Of a stretch of DNA of 64,000 nucleotides, positions 30,532 through 40,700 are shown piece after piece; within the stretch, counting starts at the first letter, position 1, and each line of letters opens with the position of its first letter. The DNA is from an uncultured Gemmatimonadales bacterium (GTDB lineage: Bacteria; Gemmatimonadota; Gemmatimonadetes; Gemmatimonadales; GWC2-71-9). A model generated the notes under the pieces. It saw only the letters and a list, made by a program, of their open reading frames with translations. It was not told the origin of the DNA and did not search any database. A program made the position numbers and the translations under genes. The stretch is taken from contig CAWGED010000019.1 in assembly GCA_963821525.1 (NCBI GenBank), forward strand, positions 160,001 to 224,000. Reading direction: 5' to 3'.

Positions 30532-31957
30532 CGGCTCCCACCAGCTCCTCGACAACTTCCCATTTCCGCACATCCGTAATATGCCCGCTGATCGCGGCCG
30601 CGGCGGCCATGGCGGGGCTCATGAGGTGGGTGCGACCGCCGCTCCCCTGCCGCCCCTCAAAGTTTCGGTTCGAGGTGGCGGCGCAGCGCTCGCCGCTCGC
30701 AAGAATATCCGGGTTCATGCCGAGGCACATCGAGCATCCGGCGTTGCGCCATTCGAAGCCCGCGGCGGTGAAGATCCGATCGAGCCCTTCACGCTCTGCC
30801 TGGGCTTTCACCTGCATCGATCCCGGCACGACGAGGGCCCAAACGTGGGAGGCCACTCGGCGCCCTCTCACGATGCGGCTCGCTTCCCGGAGGTCTTCGA
30901 TCCTGGCATTGGTGCAGCTCCCGATGAACACGCGATCGATGCGGAGCCCATCGAGCGGAGTGCCGGGGTCCAGTCCCATGTAGGTAAGCGCCCGGGTGGC
31001 ATCGCGTCGAGCAGTATCGCTGGTGAGTTTTGAAGGATCGGGCACCGTCTCGGTCACTGAGGCCACCATTCCCGGATTGGTTCCCCAGGTGACTTGAGGA
31101 GCAACCTCGGAGGCATCGATCGTGACCCGAGTGTCGTATTGGGCCCCGGGATCGGTCGCGAGACTGCTCCAGTAATCGACTGCCCGACTCCAGGCGCGCC
31201 CACGCGGGGAGCGAGGGCGACTCATCAGATACATGAAGGTCGTTTCGTCCGGTCCGACGATGCCGGCTCGGGCACCCGCCTCGATGGACATGTTGCACAC
31301 GGTCATCCGGCCCTCCATCGAGAGGGCCCGGATCGCCTCGCCGGTGTACTCGATGACGTGGCCGGCCGCGCCACCGATTCCGATCTTTCCGATCAGGGTC
31401 AGGATGAGATCCTTGGCGCCGACGCCGAGTCCCGCTCTGCCGGTAAACCGGACCTCCATGGTCCGGGGCCGGATGACTCGGACAGTTTGGGTTGCCAGCA
31501 CATGCTCCACGTCCGTCGTTCCGATGCCGAATGCGAAGGCGCCGAAGGCGCCGTGCGTGGAAGTGTGGGAGTCTCCGCAGACGATCACTCGGCCCGGCTG
31601 GGTCAATCCCAACTCCGGCCCGATCACGTGGACAATCCCCTGGTGCGGCGAGTCGAGGCCGAACAGCTCGATGCCGAAATCGGTGGCGTTCCTGAGCAGC
31701 AACTCCACCTGGCGCCGCGATACTGAATCAGTAATCGGCAGTGCCCGATCCGTCGTGGGGACGTTATGATCGACCGTCGCGAGCGCGAGGTCAGGCCGAC
31801 GCACAGCCCGTCCCTCGCGCCGCAGGCCTTCGAATGCCTGGGGCGAGGTGACTTCGTGGACCAGGTGGAGATCCACGTACAACAAGGCCGGCCCGCCGTT
31901 TTCCTGATGGACGACGTGCGAACTCCACACCTTCTCGAAAAGCGTCCTCGGATTCAC
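30527..31957 (-). CDS. leuC: 3-isopropylmalate dehydratase large subunit
   Basis: [44 protein letters not shown]. Confidence 0.96.
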   Translation of the reverse strand: MNPRTLFEKVWSSHVVHQENGGPALLYVDLHLVHEVTSPQAFEGLRREGRAVRRPDLALATVDHNVPTTDRALPITDSVSRRQVELLLRNATDFGIELFGLDSPHQGIVHVIGPELGLTQPGRVIVCGDSHTSTHGAFGAFAFGIGTTDVEHVLATQTVRVIRPRTMEVRFTGRAGLGVGAKDLILTLIGKIGIGGAAGHVIEYTGEAIRALSMEGRMTVCNMSIEAGARAGIVGPDETTFMYLMSRPRSPRGRAWSRAVDYWSSLATDPGAQYDTRVTIDASEVAPQVTWGTNPGMVASVTETVPDPSKLTSDTARRDATRALTYMGLDPGTPLDGLRIDRVFIGSCTNARIEDLREASRIVRGRRVASHVWALVVPGSMQVKAQAEREGLDRIFTAAGFEWRNAGCSMCLGMNPDILASGERCAATSNRNFEGRQGSGGRTHLMSPAMAAAAAISGHITDVRKWEVVEELVGAD

Positions 31958-31960
31958 GGT

Positions 31961-32088
31961 CAGTACCGAGCACCGAGTACCGCGTAGCGAGCAGTTGACC
32001 GAGGAATCCGGAGGGCGAGTCTCACGAGCGCGTTCCAACCGGGGTTGCTGCGGGTGTACTCGGTACCCGGTACTCGGTACTGGGTACT
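31961..32088. repeat. Inverted GTACCGA heptamer arms spanning the ilvC stop codon
   Basis: cagtaccgagcaccgagtacc ... gtactcggtacccggtactcggtactgggtac. Confidence 0.75.
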
Positions 32089-33107
32089 TTTTCTTTCCCT
32101 TCCTCCGACCACGGCATCATTTCCCGCAGCCGGGCCCCCACCTGTTCGATTCCGCTGTCCCGCTCCTGTTCCCGTAGCTGGGCGAAGTGGGGACCGCCCG
32201 CACGGCACTCGGCCAGCCATTCCTTCGCGAACGCGCCACTCTGGATGTCGGCGAGGATCTTCCGCATTTCCTGGCGAGTCTGCTCCGTGATGATCCGGGG
32301 GCCCCGCGTGTAGTCGCCATATTCCGCGGTGTCGCTGATCGAATGCCGCATGAACTTGAGGCCGCCTCGATACATGAGGTCCACGATCAGCTTGAGCTCG
32401 TGGAGACACTCGAAGTAGGCCATCTCCGGCTGGTAGCCGGCCTCCACCAAGGTGTCGAACCCGGCTTTCACGAGGGCCGTAGCGCCGCCGCACAAGACGG
32501 CTTGCTCGCCGAAGAGGTCCGTTTCGGTCTCTTCCCGGAAACTCGTCTCGATGACACCGGCACGGGTGCAACCGATTCCCGCGGCGTACGCGAGCGCATT
32601 GGCGAGCGCCTCGCCACTCGCATCCTGGTGCACCGCGACGAGCGCCGGGACGCCCCGCCCCGCCTCATACTCGCTTCGTACAAGATGACCGGGAGATTTG
32701 GGCGCAATCATGCTCACATCCACGTTCTTCGGTGGCCCCACCTCTCCGAAATGGATGTTGAACCCGTGGGCAAACATCAGGGTTTTCCCGGCCTCTAACG
32801 CAGGCGCCACGTCCGCCTCGTACACGGCGCGACCGTCCTGATCCGGAACCAGGATCATGATCGTGTCGGCCGCACGCGCAGCATCAGCGACAGGACGAAC
32901 ATCGAGTCCCACCGCCTTGGCCTTCGCCCACGATCCGCCGCCTGGCCGGAGGCCGACGATGACCTTGGCGCCACTCTCTTTGAGGTTGAGCGCATGGGCG
33001 TGGCCCTGGCTGCCATAGCCGATGATGGCGAAGGTCCGGTCTTTGAGTCGGGTGCGATCCGCATCGGCATCGTAGAACACGCGCGGACCCTGCTGGGAAT
33101 CGGTCAT
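32022..33107 (-). CDS. ilvC: Ketol-acid reductoisomerase
   Basis: [42 protein letters not shown]. Confidence 0.96.
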   Translation of the reverse strand: MTDSQQGPRVFYDADADRTRLKDRTFAIIGYGSQGHAHALNLKESGAKVIVGLRPGGGSWAKAKAVGLDVRPVADAARAADTIMILVPDQDGRAVYEADVAPALEAGKTLMFAHGFNIHFGEVGPPKNVDVSMIAPKSPGHLVRSEYEAGRGVPALVAVHQDASGEALANALAYAAGIGCTRAGVIETSFREETETDLFGEQAVLCGGATALVKAGFDTLVEAGYQPEMAYFECLHELKLIVDLMYRGGLKFMRHSISDTAEYGDYTRGPRIITEQTRQEMRKILADIQSGAFAKEWLAECRAGGPHFAQLREQERDSGIEQVGARLREMMPWSEEGKEKVPSTEYRVPSTPAATPVGTRS

Positions 33108-33676
33108 TAGTCGTCTCGCAAAGTGAGAACTGATTGGTATCGCTCGGAGTCAATATCAGGTATCGACCGAGTCTCAAACCCGGCCGACGTGGTTCCCGGC
33201 CTGCTCACCGCGACGACGCCGCTGCGAGCCACATCGATGACGCCGCAGGGCTCCAGCGCGCGAATCAGTGAGAGCACCATGGGGCCGGGGCCGGTCACCT
33301 CGAGCAGGGCCTCGTCACGACTCTCCTCGAGCACGGTCGCGCCGAAACGGCCCGCGGTATCGAGCACTTCGGCGTATCGCCCCGTCGTCCGCACCCTGAT
33401 CAAGGCGAGCTCGCGGGAGGCCACCGAAGCCTCGGGTTCGGCCGCCGCACCCCGGACACCGATCACCTTTCGGAGCTGGCGGACCAGCCGGTCGACCGCA
33501 CCCTCATCCGCCCGCACCACGATGGTGACCCGGGCTACTCCGGCCTCCTGGCCCGAGCCGATCGAGAGGCTTTCAATCGCGAGGTTGCGACGGCGCACGA
33601 CTCCCACCAGCCGGTTGAACGCGAGGAATTCGTCTTCCAGGCCGACGCAGATGCTGTAGGCGGCAGACGAGGTCAC
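33107..33676 (-). CDS. ilvN: Acetolactate synthase small regulatory subunit
   Basis: ACT domain ([31 protein letters not shown]); GTG overlaps the ilvB stop. Confidence 0.85.
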   Translation of the reverse strand: MTSSAAYSICVGLEDEFLAFNRLVGVVRRRNLAIESLSIGSGQEAGVARVTIVVRADEGAVDRLVRQLRKVIGVRGAAAEPEASVASRELALIRVRTTGRYAEVLDTAGRFGATVLEESRDEALLEVTGPGPMVLSLIRALEPCGVIDVARSGVVAVSRPGTTSAGFETRSIPDIDSERYQSVLTLRDD

Positions 33677-35364
33677 GGTGAGGCGAGCGGTGCGGGTTCC
33701 GATTCGATCGGCTCGGACAGCGTCGCGCCGGGTGGAATCATCGGGAAGACGTTCGCTTCCTGCTCGATCACGAACTCGACCAGGGCGGGACCAGGGTCGC
33801 GCAGCGCGCGAGCGACTGCCTCCTCGATCTGTCGCGCGTGTTCGACGCGGTAACCGGCGATGCCGTACGCCTCCGCGAGACGTACGTAGTCCGGGCTCCA
33901 GATCGGTGTCGCCGAATAGCGGCGGCCGTGGAAGAACTGCTGCCACTGGCGCACCATGCCGAGGTATCCGTTGTTGAAGATCGCCATCTTCACCGGAATC
34001 TTCTCCTGCACCATGGTGGCGATCTCCTGCATGTTCATCTGAAACCCGCCGTCACCCGAGATGGCCCAGACGGGCCGGTCGGGGCGAGCGAAGTGCACTC
34101 CAATCGCCGCAGGGACCGCGAACCCCATCGTGCCGAGCCCACCCGAGGTGATGTGGCTGTTGCGGGTATTGTAGGGATAGAGCTTGGCCACCCACATCTG
34201 GTGCTGACCCACGTCGGAGACAACGGTGCAATCGGGCCCGCTCATGTCACGGATGCCGCGGAGGATGCCTTCGGGAGACAGTTCGCCGCGATAGGTCTCA
34301 GAGCGCGGCCGAGTAAAGTCGCGAATTTCCTCGCGCCAAGCGTCACAGCGACGGGGGGCCACGAGCGCCGAGAGGCGACTCGTGAGATCTCTGGCATCGC
34401 CGACCAGTCCCAGTGCAACGGGAACGTTCTTCCCGATCTCCGAGGGATCGAGCTCGATGTGAATGATCCGGGCGCGGGGAGCAAATCCCGCCGTGTTGCC
34501 GGTCACCCGGTCGTCGAAGCGGAGTCCGATGCCGATGATGAGGTCGGCGTGCTGGATCGCGCGGTTGACGTGCACTTCTCCGTGCATGCCCGGCATGCCC
34601 AAATGCAGGTGATGACTCTCGGGAAATGCGCTGATGCCGAGCAGGGTAGTGACCACCGGGATGTCGGTCTTCTCGGCGAGGGCCAGCACCGCCTCGTAGG
34701 CACTGGCGAGTATCACGCCGTGTCCTACCATGAGGAGCGGACGCTCCGCTTCACCAATGAGCCGCGCGGCTTCCTGCAGTGCGGCGATCCCTGTGGGTGC
34801 CTCGCGATGCTTCCCATCCGAGGACACCGCGGTCACGCCCTCACTCCAGTCGATCTTCTGGTTCTGGACGTCCTTCGGGATGTCGATCAGCACCGGCCCG
34901 GGCCGCCCTGTAGTGGCGACCGCGAAAGCCTCGCGCAGCTTGGGAGCGAGTTCGGTGACGTCATTGATGGCGGCGCTGTGCTTCGTGATCGGCAGGGTAA
35001 TGCCGATGATATCCGTCTCCTGAAAGGCATCGCGACCGATCATGGCCCGTGGCACCTGGCCGGTGATTGCCACGACCGGCGAGCTGTCCATCTGGGCCGT
35101 GGCGAGTCCGGTCACCAGGTTGGTGGCGCCCGGTCCCGACGTCGCGACACACACTCCCGGCCGGCCGGAGGCGCGCGCGTAACCGTCCGCCGCATGCGCT
35201 GCGGCCTGTTCATGGCGCATCAACACGTGCCGAAGCTCGGGGAACTCCGGCAGGGCGTGGTAGAAAGGCATGATCGCGCCGCCCGGATACCCGAAGATCA
35301 GGTCCACCCCCTGCTCTCGGAGCAGGCGGCAGAGGAGCTGGGCGCCAGTCAATGACTCGGGCAT
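33673..35364 (-). CDS. ilvB: Acetolactate synthase large subunit
   Basis: FGYPGGA, RHEQAAAHAADGYAR, TSGPGATN, GDGGFQMN. Confidence 0.96.
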   Translation of the reverse strand: MPESLTGAQLLCRLLREQGVDLIFGYPGGAIMPFYHALPEFPELRHVLMRHEQAAAHAADGYARASGRPGVCVATSGPGATNLVTGLATAQMDSSPVVAITGQVPRAMIGRDAFQETDIIGITLPITKHSAAINDVTELAPKLREAFAVATTGRPGPVLIDIPKDVQNQKIDWSEGVTAVSSDGKHREAPTGIAALQEAARLIGEAERPLLMVGHGVILASAYEAVLALAEKTDIPVVTTLLGISAFPESHHLHLGMPGMHGEVHVNRAIQHADLIIGIGLRFDDRVTGNTAGFAPRARIIHIELDPSEIGKNVPVALGLVGDARDLTSRLSALVAPRRCDAWREEIRDFTRPRSETYRGELSPEGILRGIRDMSGPDCTVVSDVGQHQMWVAKLYPYNTRNSHITSGGLGTMGFAVPAAIGVHFARPDRPVWAISGDGGFQMNMQEIATMVQEKIPVKMAIFNNGYLGMVRQWQQFFHGRRYSATPIWSPDYVRLAEAYGIAGYRVEHARQIEEAVARALRDPGPALVEFVIEQEANVFPMIPPGATLSEPIESEPAPLASP

Positions 35365-35382
35365 GGACGCTCTCGCGAATCA

Positions 35383-35470
35383 GTCATGGGTCGTGAGTCT
35401 TGAGTCCTGGGGTCGCTGGTCTCCGAGTCCGGGGCGGCCAAGCACGGACTCACGACTCAAGACCCATGAC
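35383..35470. repeat. 25-bp inverted arms built of GAGTCnT heptamers between leuA and ilvB
   Basis: gtcatgggtcgtgagtcttgagtcc versus ggactcacgactcaagacccatgac (23/25 complementary). Confidence 0.8.
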
Positions 35471-35472
35471 CG

Positions 35473-37026
35473 CTAGACTCCCCACAAGTACACCGAATTC
35501 AGCGACGACGCCTCCAGCACCTCAGCGTGCCGCTCCTTGTTGAGCGAATGCACCAGGGCCCGGGCACTCGCCTCCACGATGTCGGTCGAGGCACCCTGAC
35601 CCGTCATCGTCTTCCCACCAATCCGGGCCTGGAGGAAGACCTGACCCACGGAATCCCGGCCCGGAGTGACCGAGCGAAGTGACAGGCTCATCACCTCGAC
35701 CGGGCGATCGAGGATCTCGCTGATCGCGCTGAAGGCCGCCGCGATGGGCCCATCTCCGCTTCCTCGCGCAACTCGCTCCCCCGCCCACGGTCCGGTCATC
35801 TGAACCTCCGCCTCGGCAGGCACGCTCCCGCAGACGACCCGGAGCTTGGTGAGGTGGTATTCCTCCGGCGCGTCGTGGAAACTCTCGTGTACCAGTGCCA
35901 GCAGGTCCTCATCCAGAATCTCCCGCTTGCGATCGGCCAGCCGGATGAACTCCTGATAGAGATCCTGGAGCTGACGGTCGTCGAGCTGGTAGCCCAAGTC
36001 GCGATAGCGGCGTTCGAGCGCGTGCCGACCGGAATGCTTGCCGAGCACGAGGGTCGAGTGAGGTATCCCGACCGCTTCGGGCTTGATGATTTCGTAGGTG
36101 AGCCCGTTCTGCAGGATCCCGTGCTGATGAATCCCGGCCTCGTGGGCAAAGGCGTTGCGGCCCACGATCGCCTTGTTGGGCTGCGGGAAACTTCCGGTCA
36201 GGTAGGAGAGGAGCTGGCTGGTCCGGTAGATCTCCCGCGGATCCACGTTGCAGCGGAACGAGGCCACCTGAGGCCGGGTACGGCAGGTCATCACGATCTC
36301 CTCGAGCGCCGCGTTCCCTGCCCGCTCGCCGATCCCATTGACGGTACACTCGACCTGTCCCGCGCCGGCCTCGATCGCGGCCAGCGAATTGGCGACCGCA
36401 AGGCCCAGATCATCGTGGCAGTGCGCGCTGAAGATGACCCGCTCGCTTCCGGGGACGCGTTCGCGCACCGCGCGGAACATCGAGGCGTACTCCGCAGGCA
36501 GGGCGTATCCCACCGTATCGGGCAGGTTGATGGTCGTAGCGCCTTCCGCGATGGCCATTTCCACTATCTGGCAGAGGTAGTCGAGATCGGTCCGGCTCGC
36601 GTCTTCGGCGGAGAACTCGACGTCGTCGGTGTAGCTCCGCGCCTGGCGGATGGACTGGCGCGCCAGTTCGAGGACCTCTTCGCGAGTCAGCCTGAGCTTG
36701 TGCTCGAGGTGAAGCTCCGAGGTCGAGATGAAGATGTGGAGCCGGGGGCGCGCCGCATTCCGGATGGCATCGCCGGCGAGCGAGATGTCCTTCGGATGAC
36801 AACGCGCGAGCGCTGCCAGTACCGGGCGCCTGATTTCGCTGGTGATCTCCTGCACGCTGCGGAAGTCGCCCTCCGAGGCGGCGGGGAAGCCGGTCTCGAT
36901 GACATCGACCCCCAGAGCATCGAGCTGGCGGGCGAGGCGGAGCTTCTCCTCGGGCGTCATGGTGTTGCCTGGGGCCTGTTCCCCGTCCCGCAGGGTCGTG
37001 TCGAAAATGAGAACGTCCTTCAGCAT
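35473..37026 (-). CDS. leuA: 2-isopropylmalate synthase
   Basis: [41 protein letters not shown]. Confidence 0.96.
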   Translation of the reverse strand: MLKDVLIFDTTLRDGEQAPGNTMTPEEKLRLARQLDALGVDVIETGFPAASEGDFRSVQEITSEIRRPVLAALARCHPKDISLAGDAIRNAARPRLHIFISTSELHLEHKLRLTREEVLELARQSIRQARSYTDDVEFSAEDASRTDLDYLCQIVEMAIAEGATTINLPDTVGYALPAEYASMFRAVRERVPGSERVIFSAHCHDDLGLAVANSLAAIEAGAGQVECTVNGIGERAGNAALEEIVMTCRTRPQVASFRCNVDPREIYRTSQLLSYLTGSFPQPNKAIVGRNAFAHEAGIHQHGILQNGLTYEIIKPEAVGIPHSTLVLGKHSGRHALERRYRDLGYQLDDRQLQDLYQEFIRLADRKREILDEDLLALVHESFHDAPEEYHLTKLRVVCGSVPAEAEVQMTGPWAGERVARGSGDGPIAAAFSAISEILDRPVEVMSLSLRSVTPGRDSVGQVFLQARIGGKTMTGQGASTDIVEASARALVHSLNKERHAEVLEASSLNSVYLWGV

Positions 37027-37051
37027 TGCGTCTCTCGTCTCCTTGGAGGCC

Positions 37052-37086
37052 AAAAAGAAAACCGCGGACCTTTTCGGGGTCCGCGG
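37052..37086 (-). terminator. Attenuator terminator of the leu/ilv operon
   Basis: Minus strand ccgcggacc-ccgaaaa-ggtccgcgg-ttttcttttt. Confidence 0.85.
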
Positions 37087-37111
37087 CGGGAAGGGCTCGA
37101 TGTTGTATCGA

Positions 37112-37216
37112 CTATGCTGCTTGCCCGTAAACGCCGCGATCCCCGCCGAGGCCCCTAAGGAGGACCAGGACGAGGCTAATAAGGACGAGGAGCAGGACGG
37201 ACGACATGTGAGGCAT
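37112..37216 (-). CDS. Leu/Val/Ile-rich attenuation leader peptide MPHMSSVLLLVLISLVLVLLRGLGGDRGVYGQAA
   Basis: Run of BCAA codons directly upstream of the terminator and leuA; not in the ORF track. Confidence 0.85.
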   Translation of the reverse strand: MPHMSSVLLLVLISLVLVLLRGLGGDRGVYGQAA

Positions 37217-37257
37217 CAGGCTCCGGCGCAGGGCAACATTATGCAATCACTGACTGT

Positions 37258-37286
37258 AGGCTACGGGTCGCCCGGCGATAAGTCAA
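37258..37286 (-). promoter_or_regulatory. Putative sigma70 promoter of the leu leader
   Basis: Minus strand TTGACT-17nt-TAGCCT. Confidence 0.55.
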
Positions 37287-37609
37287 GCGACCGACCTGTC
37301 CTGACCGGAAACTGGCGCCGGTAGTCATCCCGGACGGCCACGAGACCATACTCTATTGAAGGACAAAGCGCCTGGTCACCAGCGCGTTCATTCGGGCAGC
37401 GGCCGAGGTTTTTGGTTACGTAGGCTCGGGCTTTCGGAGCGATATTGATCTTATGGGGGGGCCCCCGCTTAAGCAGGGCCGGGATTCCGGTGATGGAACG
37501 CACATTCCGCCACCAGGCGGACAGCGACACCGATCACTCGTCCCATCACAACCGAACGGTTCCTGCACCGGAACATTCTGACCATCGCCTTCCGCGCCAA
37601 TACCGGCCA

Positions 37610-37638
37610 TTGACCGCCCAACCACGGCGCCGTATAAT
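37610..37638 (+). promoter_or_regulatory. sigma70 promoter of the gltB leader
   Basis: TTGACC-17nt-TATAAT. Confidence 0.8.
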
Positions 37639-37645
37639 TATTCAC

Positions 37646-37720
37646 ATGAGCCGTCGCAGCGTCCGAAACGCTAATCCGGTCGCCATCGCCGCCCTTACCA
37701 AAGGGTGGGGGCCGGGATAG
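37646..37720 (+). CDS. Putative gltB leader peptide MSRRSVRNANPVAIAALTKGWGPG (probably leaderless)
   Basis: ATG 7 nt after the -10 box; 3' end is complementary to the terminator 5' arm. Confidence 0.65.
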   Translation: MSRRSVRNANPVAIAALTKGWGPG

Positions 37721-37747
37721 CGCGCGCGTTTGAACCGAACCTGTCCC

Positions 37748-37780
37748 GGCCCGCCCTCAAAACCAGCGCGGGCCTTTTTT
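37748..37780 (+). terminator. Attenuator terminator upstream of gltB
   Basis: ggcccgc-13nt-gcgggcc-T6, ending 20 nt before the gltB ATG. Confidence 0.75.
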
Positions 37781-37799
37781 CTTGCACCATGGGAGCGCA

Positions 37800-40700
37800 A
37801 TGAACCCCACCAAGTCGAGCCGGACGGTCGGACTCCAATCGCTTCGAGAGCACGATGCCTGCGGGGTAGGCTTCATCGCCTGCGCCACTGGCGAGCGCTC
37901 TCACACCGTGGTGAAGATGGCACTCCAGGCCCTCGGACGAGTGGCCCATCGCGGGGCAGCTTCGACCGACAACTCGGGCGATGGTGCGGGTCTTCTCACT
38001 CAGATTCCCACCCGATTCTTCTATCGCGAGGGCTACCGGCTCGGCCTTGGTATTCAACCCGGATTTCCCTTCGCCGTGGGCGCCTTCTTCCTGCCGCGCG
38101 AAGCCTCGGCACTCGCCGCTGCCATCGCCCTGATCGAGCGGGTGGCGTTTCAGAACGGGCTTCCGCTTCTGGGGTGGCGAGATGTTCCGATCGAACCCGC
38201 AGCACTCGGCCCCCTTGCTCGGCAGACATGCCCGGTCATTCGACAGGTCTTCCTGGGGCGGCCGGCAGTGGACGACGATGACGCCTGGGAGCGAGTTCTC
38301 TATCTCGCGAGGCGGGACATCGAACGGGAGGCGAGAGCGAGGGGACTCAATGACCTTTACGTCTGCTCCCTCTCCTGCCGGACCATCGTGTACAAGGCGC
38401 TGCTGGTAGGCACTCAGCTCGCGACCTTCTACACCGATCTCCGCTTCCCGGAGTTCGAAACAGCGATCGCCGTTTTCCACCAGCGCTACTCGACCAACAC
38501 GCTGCCCAGTTGGCCGTTGGCCCAGCCCTTCCGGATGATCGCCCACAACGGCGAGATCAACACCCTCTGGGGTAATCGCAACGCGATGACGGCCCGGGAA
38601 GCAGACCTGGGTTCGCCCGTCTGGGGGAACAACATCGAACGGCTCAAACCGGTGATCTGGCCGGAAGGGAGCGATTCGGCGGGGTTCGACAACACAATGG
38701 AGTTGCTGGTACGCTCCGGTCGGACGCCAATGCACACAATCATGATGCTGGTCCCTCAGGCCTGGGAGCAGTATCCCGACGTAGAACCGGCGATTCGCGA
38801 CTTCTACCGCTTCCACGCCGAAGTGGTCGAGCCTTGGGATGGGCCGGCCGCGCTGGCGTTCAGCGATGGCATCGTGGCGGGTGCAGCGACCGACCGGAAC
38901 GGGCTCCGTCCTTGCCGCTACAAGGTCACCCGGGATCAGTTCGTGGTCGCCGGATCGGAGGTGGGGCTGGTAGATCTCGATCCGGCGGACGTACTGGAGA
39001 GCGGAAAACTGGGCCCCTGCGAGTTCCTCGTGGTGGATGTGACCCGAGGTCAGGTGCTGCGGAACATGGACGTGAAGCGCGAAGTCGCGTCGCGCCAGCC
39101 GTATGGACGGTGGGCGCGGGAGAATCTGCGGCTCCTGCTCCCCGACCTCGCCGCCAAGTCCGAATCGCCGGAACCCGGGTCGCTGGTTCCCCATCAGATC
39201 AGCTTCGGGTACGGCCATGAGGACTTGAGGTTCGTGCTCGAGTCCATGGCGACGCAGGGCAACGACACCATTTGGAGCATGGGAGACGACACGCCGATCC
39301 CACCGCTCTCCCGGCTGCCACAGTCGGTATACGCCTACTTCCGCCAACGGTTCGCGCAGGTCACCAATCCGCCGATTGATCCGCTGCGGGAGTCGGTGGT
39401 GATGTCGCTGCGACAGCACCTGGGTCGTCACGGCTCCTTTCTGGTGGAGAGTCCCACGCACGCGAGACTGCTTCGCGTCGATCATCCCATTCTGCTCGAG
39501 GCCGAGATGGCCTCGCTCAGGAGCCAGCCCGGATTCCCCAGCCTGACGCTCGACGCGACTTGGCACCGCAGTGAGGGAACCGAGGGCCTGCGAGACGCGC
39601 TCGACCGGCTGTGCGCCGAGGCGGAGCAGGGAGCGAGAACCGGAATTCGCCTCGTGATCGTCAGCGATCGCCAGGCGAATGCGGAGCGGGTGCCGGTTCC
39701 CATGCTGCTTGCCATCGGAGCGGTGCGTCGCCACCTGATGGATCGTGGGCTTCGCCTCAGGGTCGGCCTGGTCGCCGAGGCGGGAGACGCGTGGGACATC
39801 CATCATTTCGCGACACTGATCGGATACGGTGCGGAGCTGGTGTATCCCTGGTTGGCATTGAGGTCGGTCGGCACGATGGTGGAGGGGAAAGCGGACGGGA
39901 CGAACGGGACGGACAAGGCGGACGGCTGTCGCCGCTACAGGACGGCCGCCGAGAAGGGGCTGCTCAAGATCATGTCCAAGATGGGCATCTCCGTGCTTCC
40001 CTCGTACTGCGGTGCCCAGATCTTTGAATCGCTCGGACTCGGCGCCGAAGTGATCGATCGCTGCTTCCGCGATACGACCTCCGCACTCGGTGGACTCGGC
40101 TTCGATGAGCTCGCCGAGGACGCGCTTGCGCGACACCGCCAGGCTTGGAGTCCAGAACCGAGCCGCAGCGTTCCGGACCATGGCCGGATCCGGTTCCGCA
40201 AGGAAGGGGAGGATCACGGCTGGGCGCCGCCGATCGTTGTTGCCCTGCAGAAAACAGTCCGCGCGGAATCGGGTGAAAGGAAAGGAAAGTACCAGGAGTT
40301 CCTGAACAAGAACGCGCTGCGGCCACCGGCCGGGCCGCGGGATCTCCTCACTTTCCGCGAGTCGTCCCCAGTCCCACTGGAAGAGGTCGAACCGGTCGAG
40401 TCCATCCTCCGCCGGTTCGTCAGCTCGGCAATGTCGCTCGGCGCTCTGTCGCCCGAAGCCCACTCGACCATTTCCATCGCGATGAACCGGATGGGCGCGC
40501 GATCCAATTCGGGAGAAGGGGGAGAGGATCCGGCCTTCTACTCGCCGCTTCCCAATGGAGATCGGGCCGACAATCGAGTGAAGCAGGTGGCCTCAGGGCG
40601 ATTTGGTGTGACCACCGAGTACCTGATCCGTGCCGAGGAGTTGGAGATCAAGATCGTCCAGGGTGCGAAGCCGGGTGAAGGCGGCCAGCTGCCCGGCCAC

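Noticed and set aside
37695..40463. 922-aa minus-strand ORF and other long antisense or alternative-frame ORFs (623..2167, 33838..35355, 35854..37158)
   Set aside because: Shadow ORFs of real genes in GC-rich DNA, with no recognisable motifs
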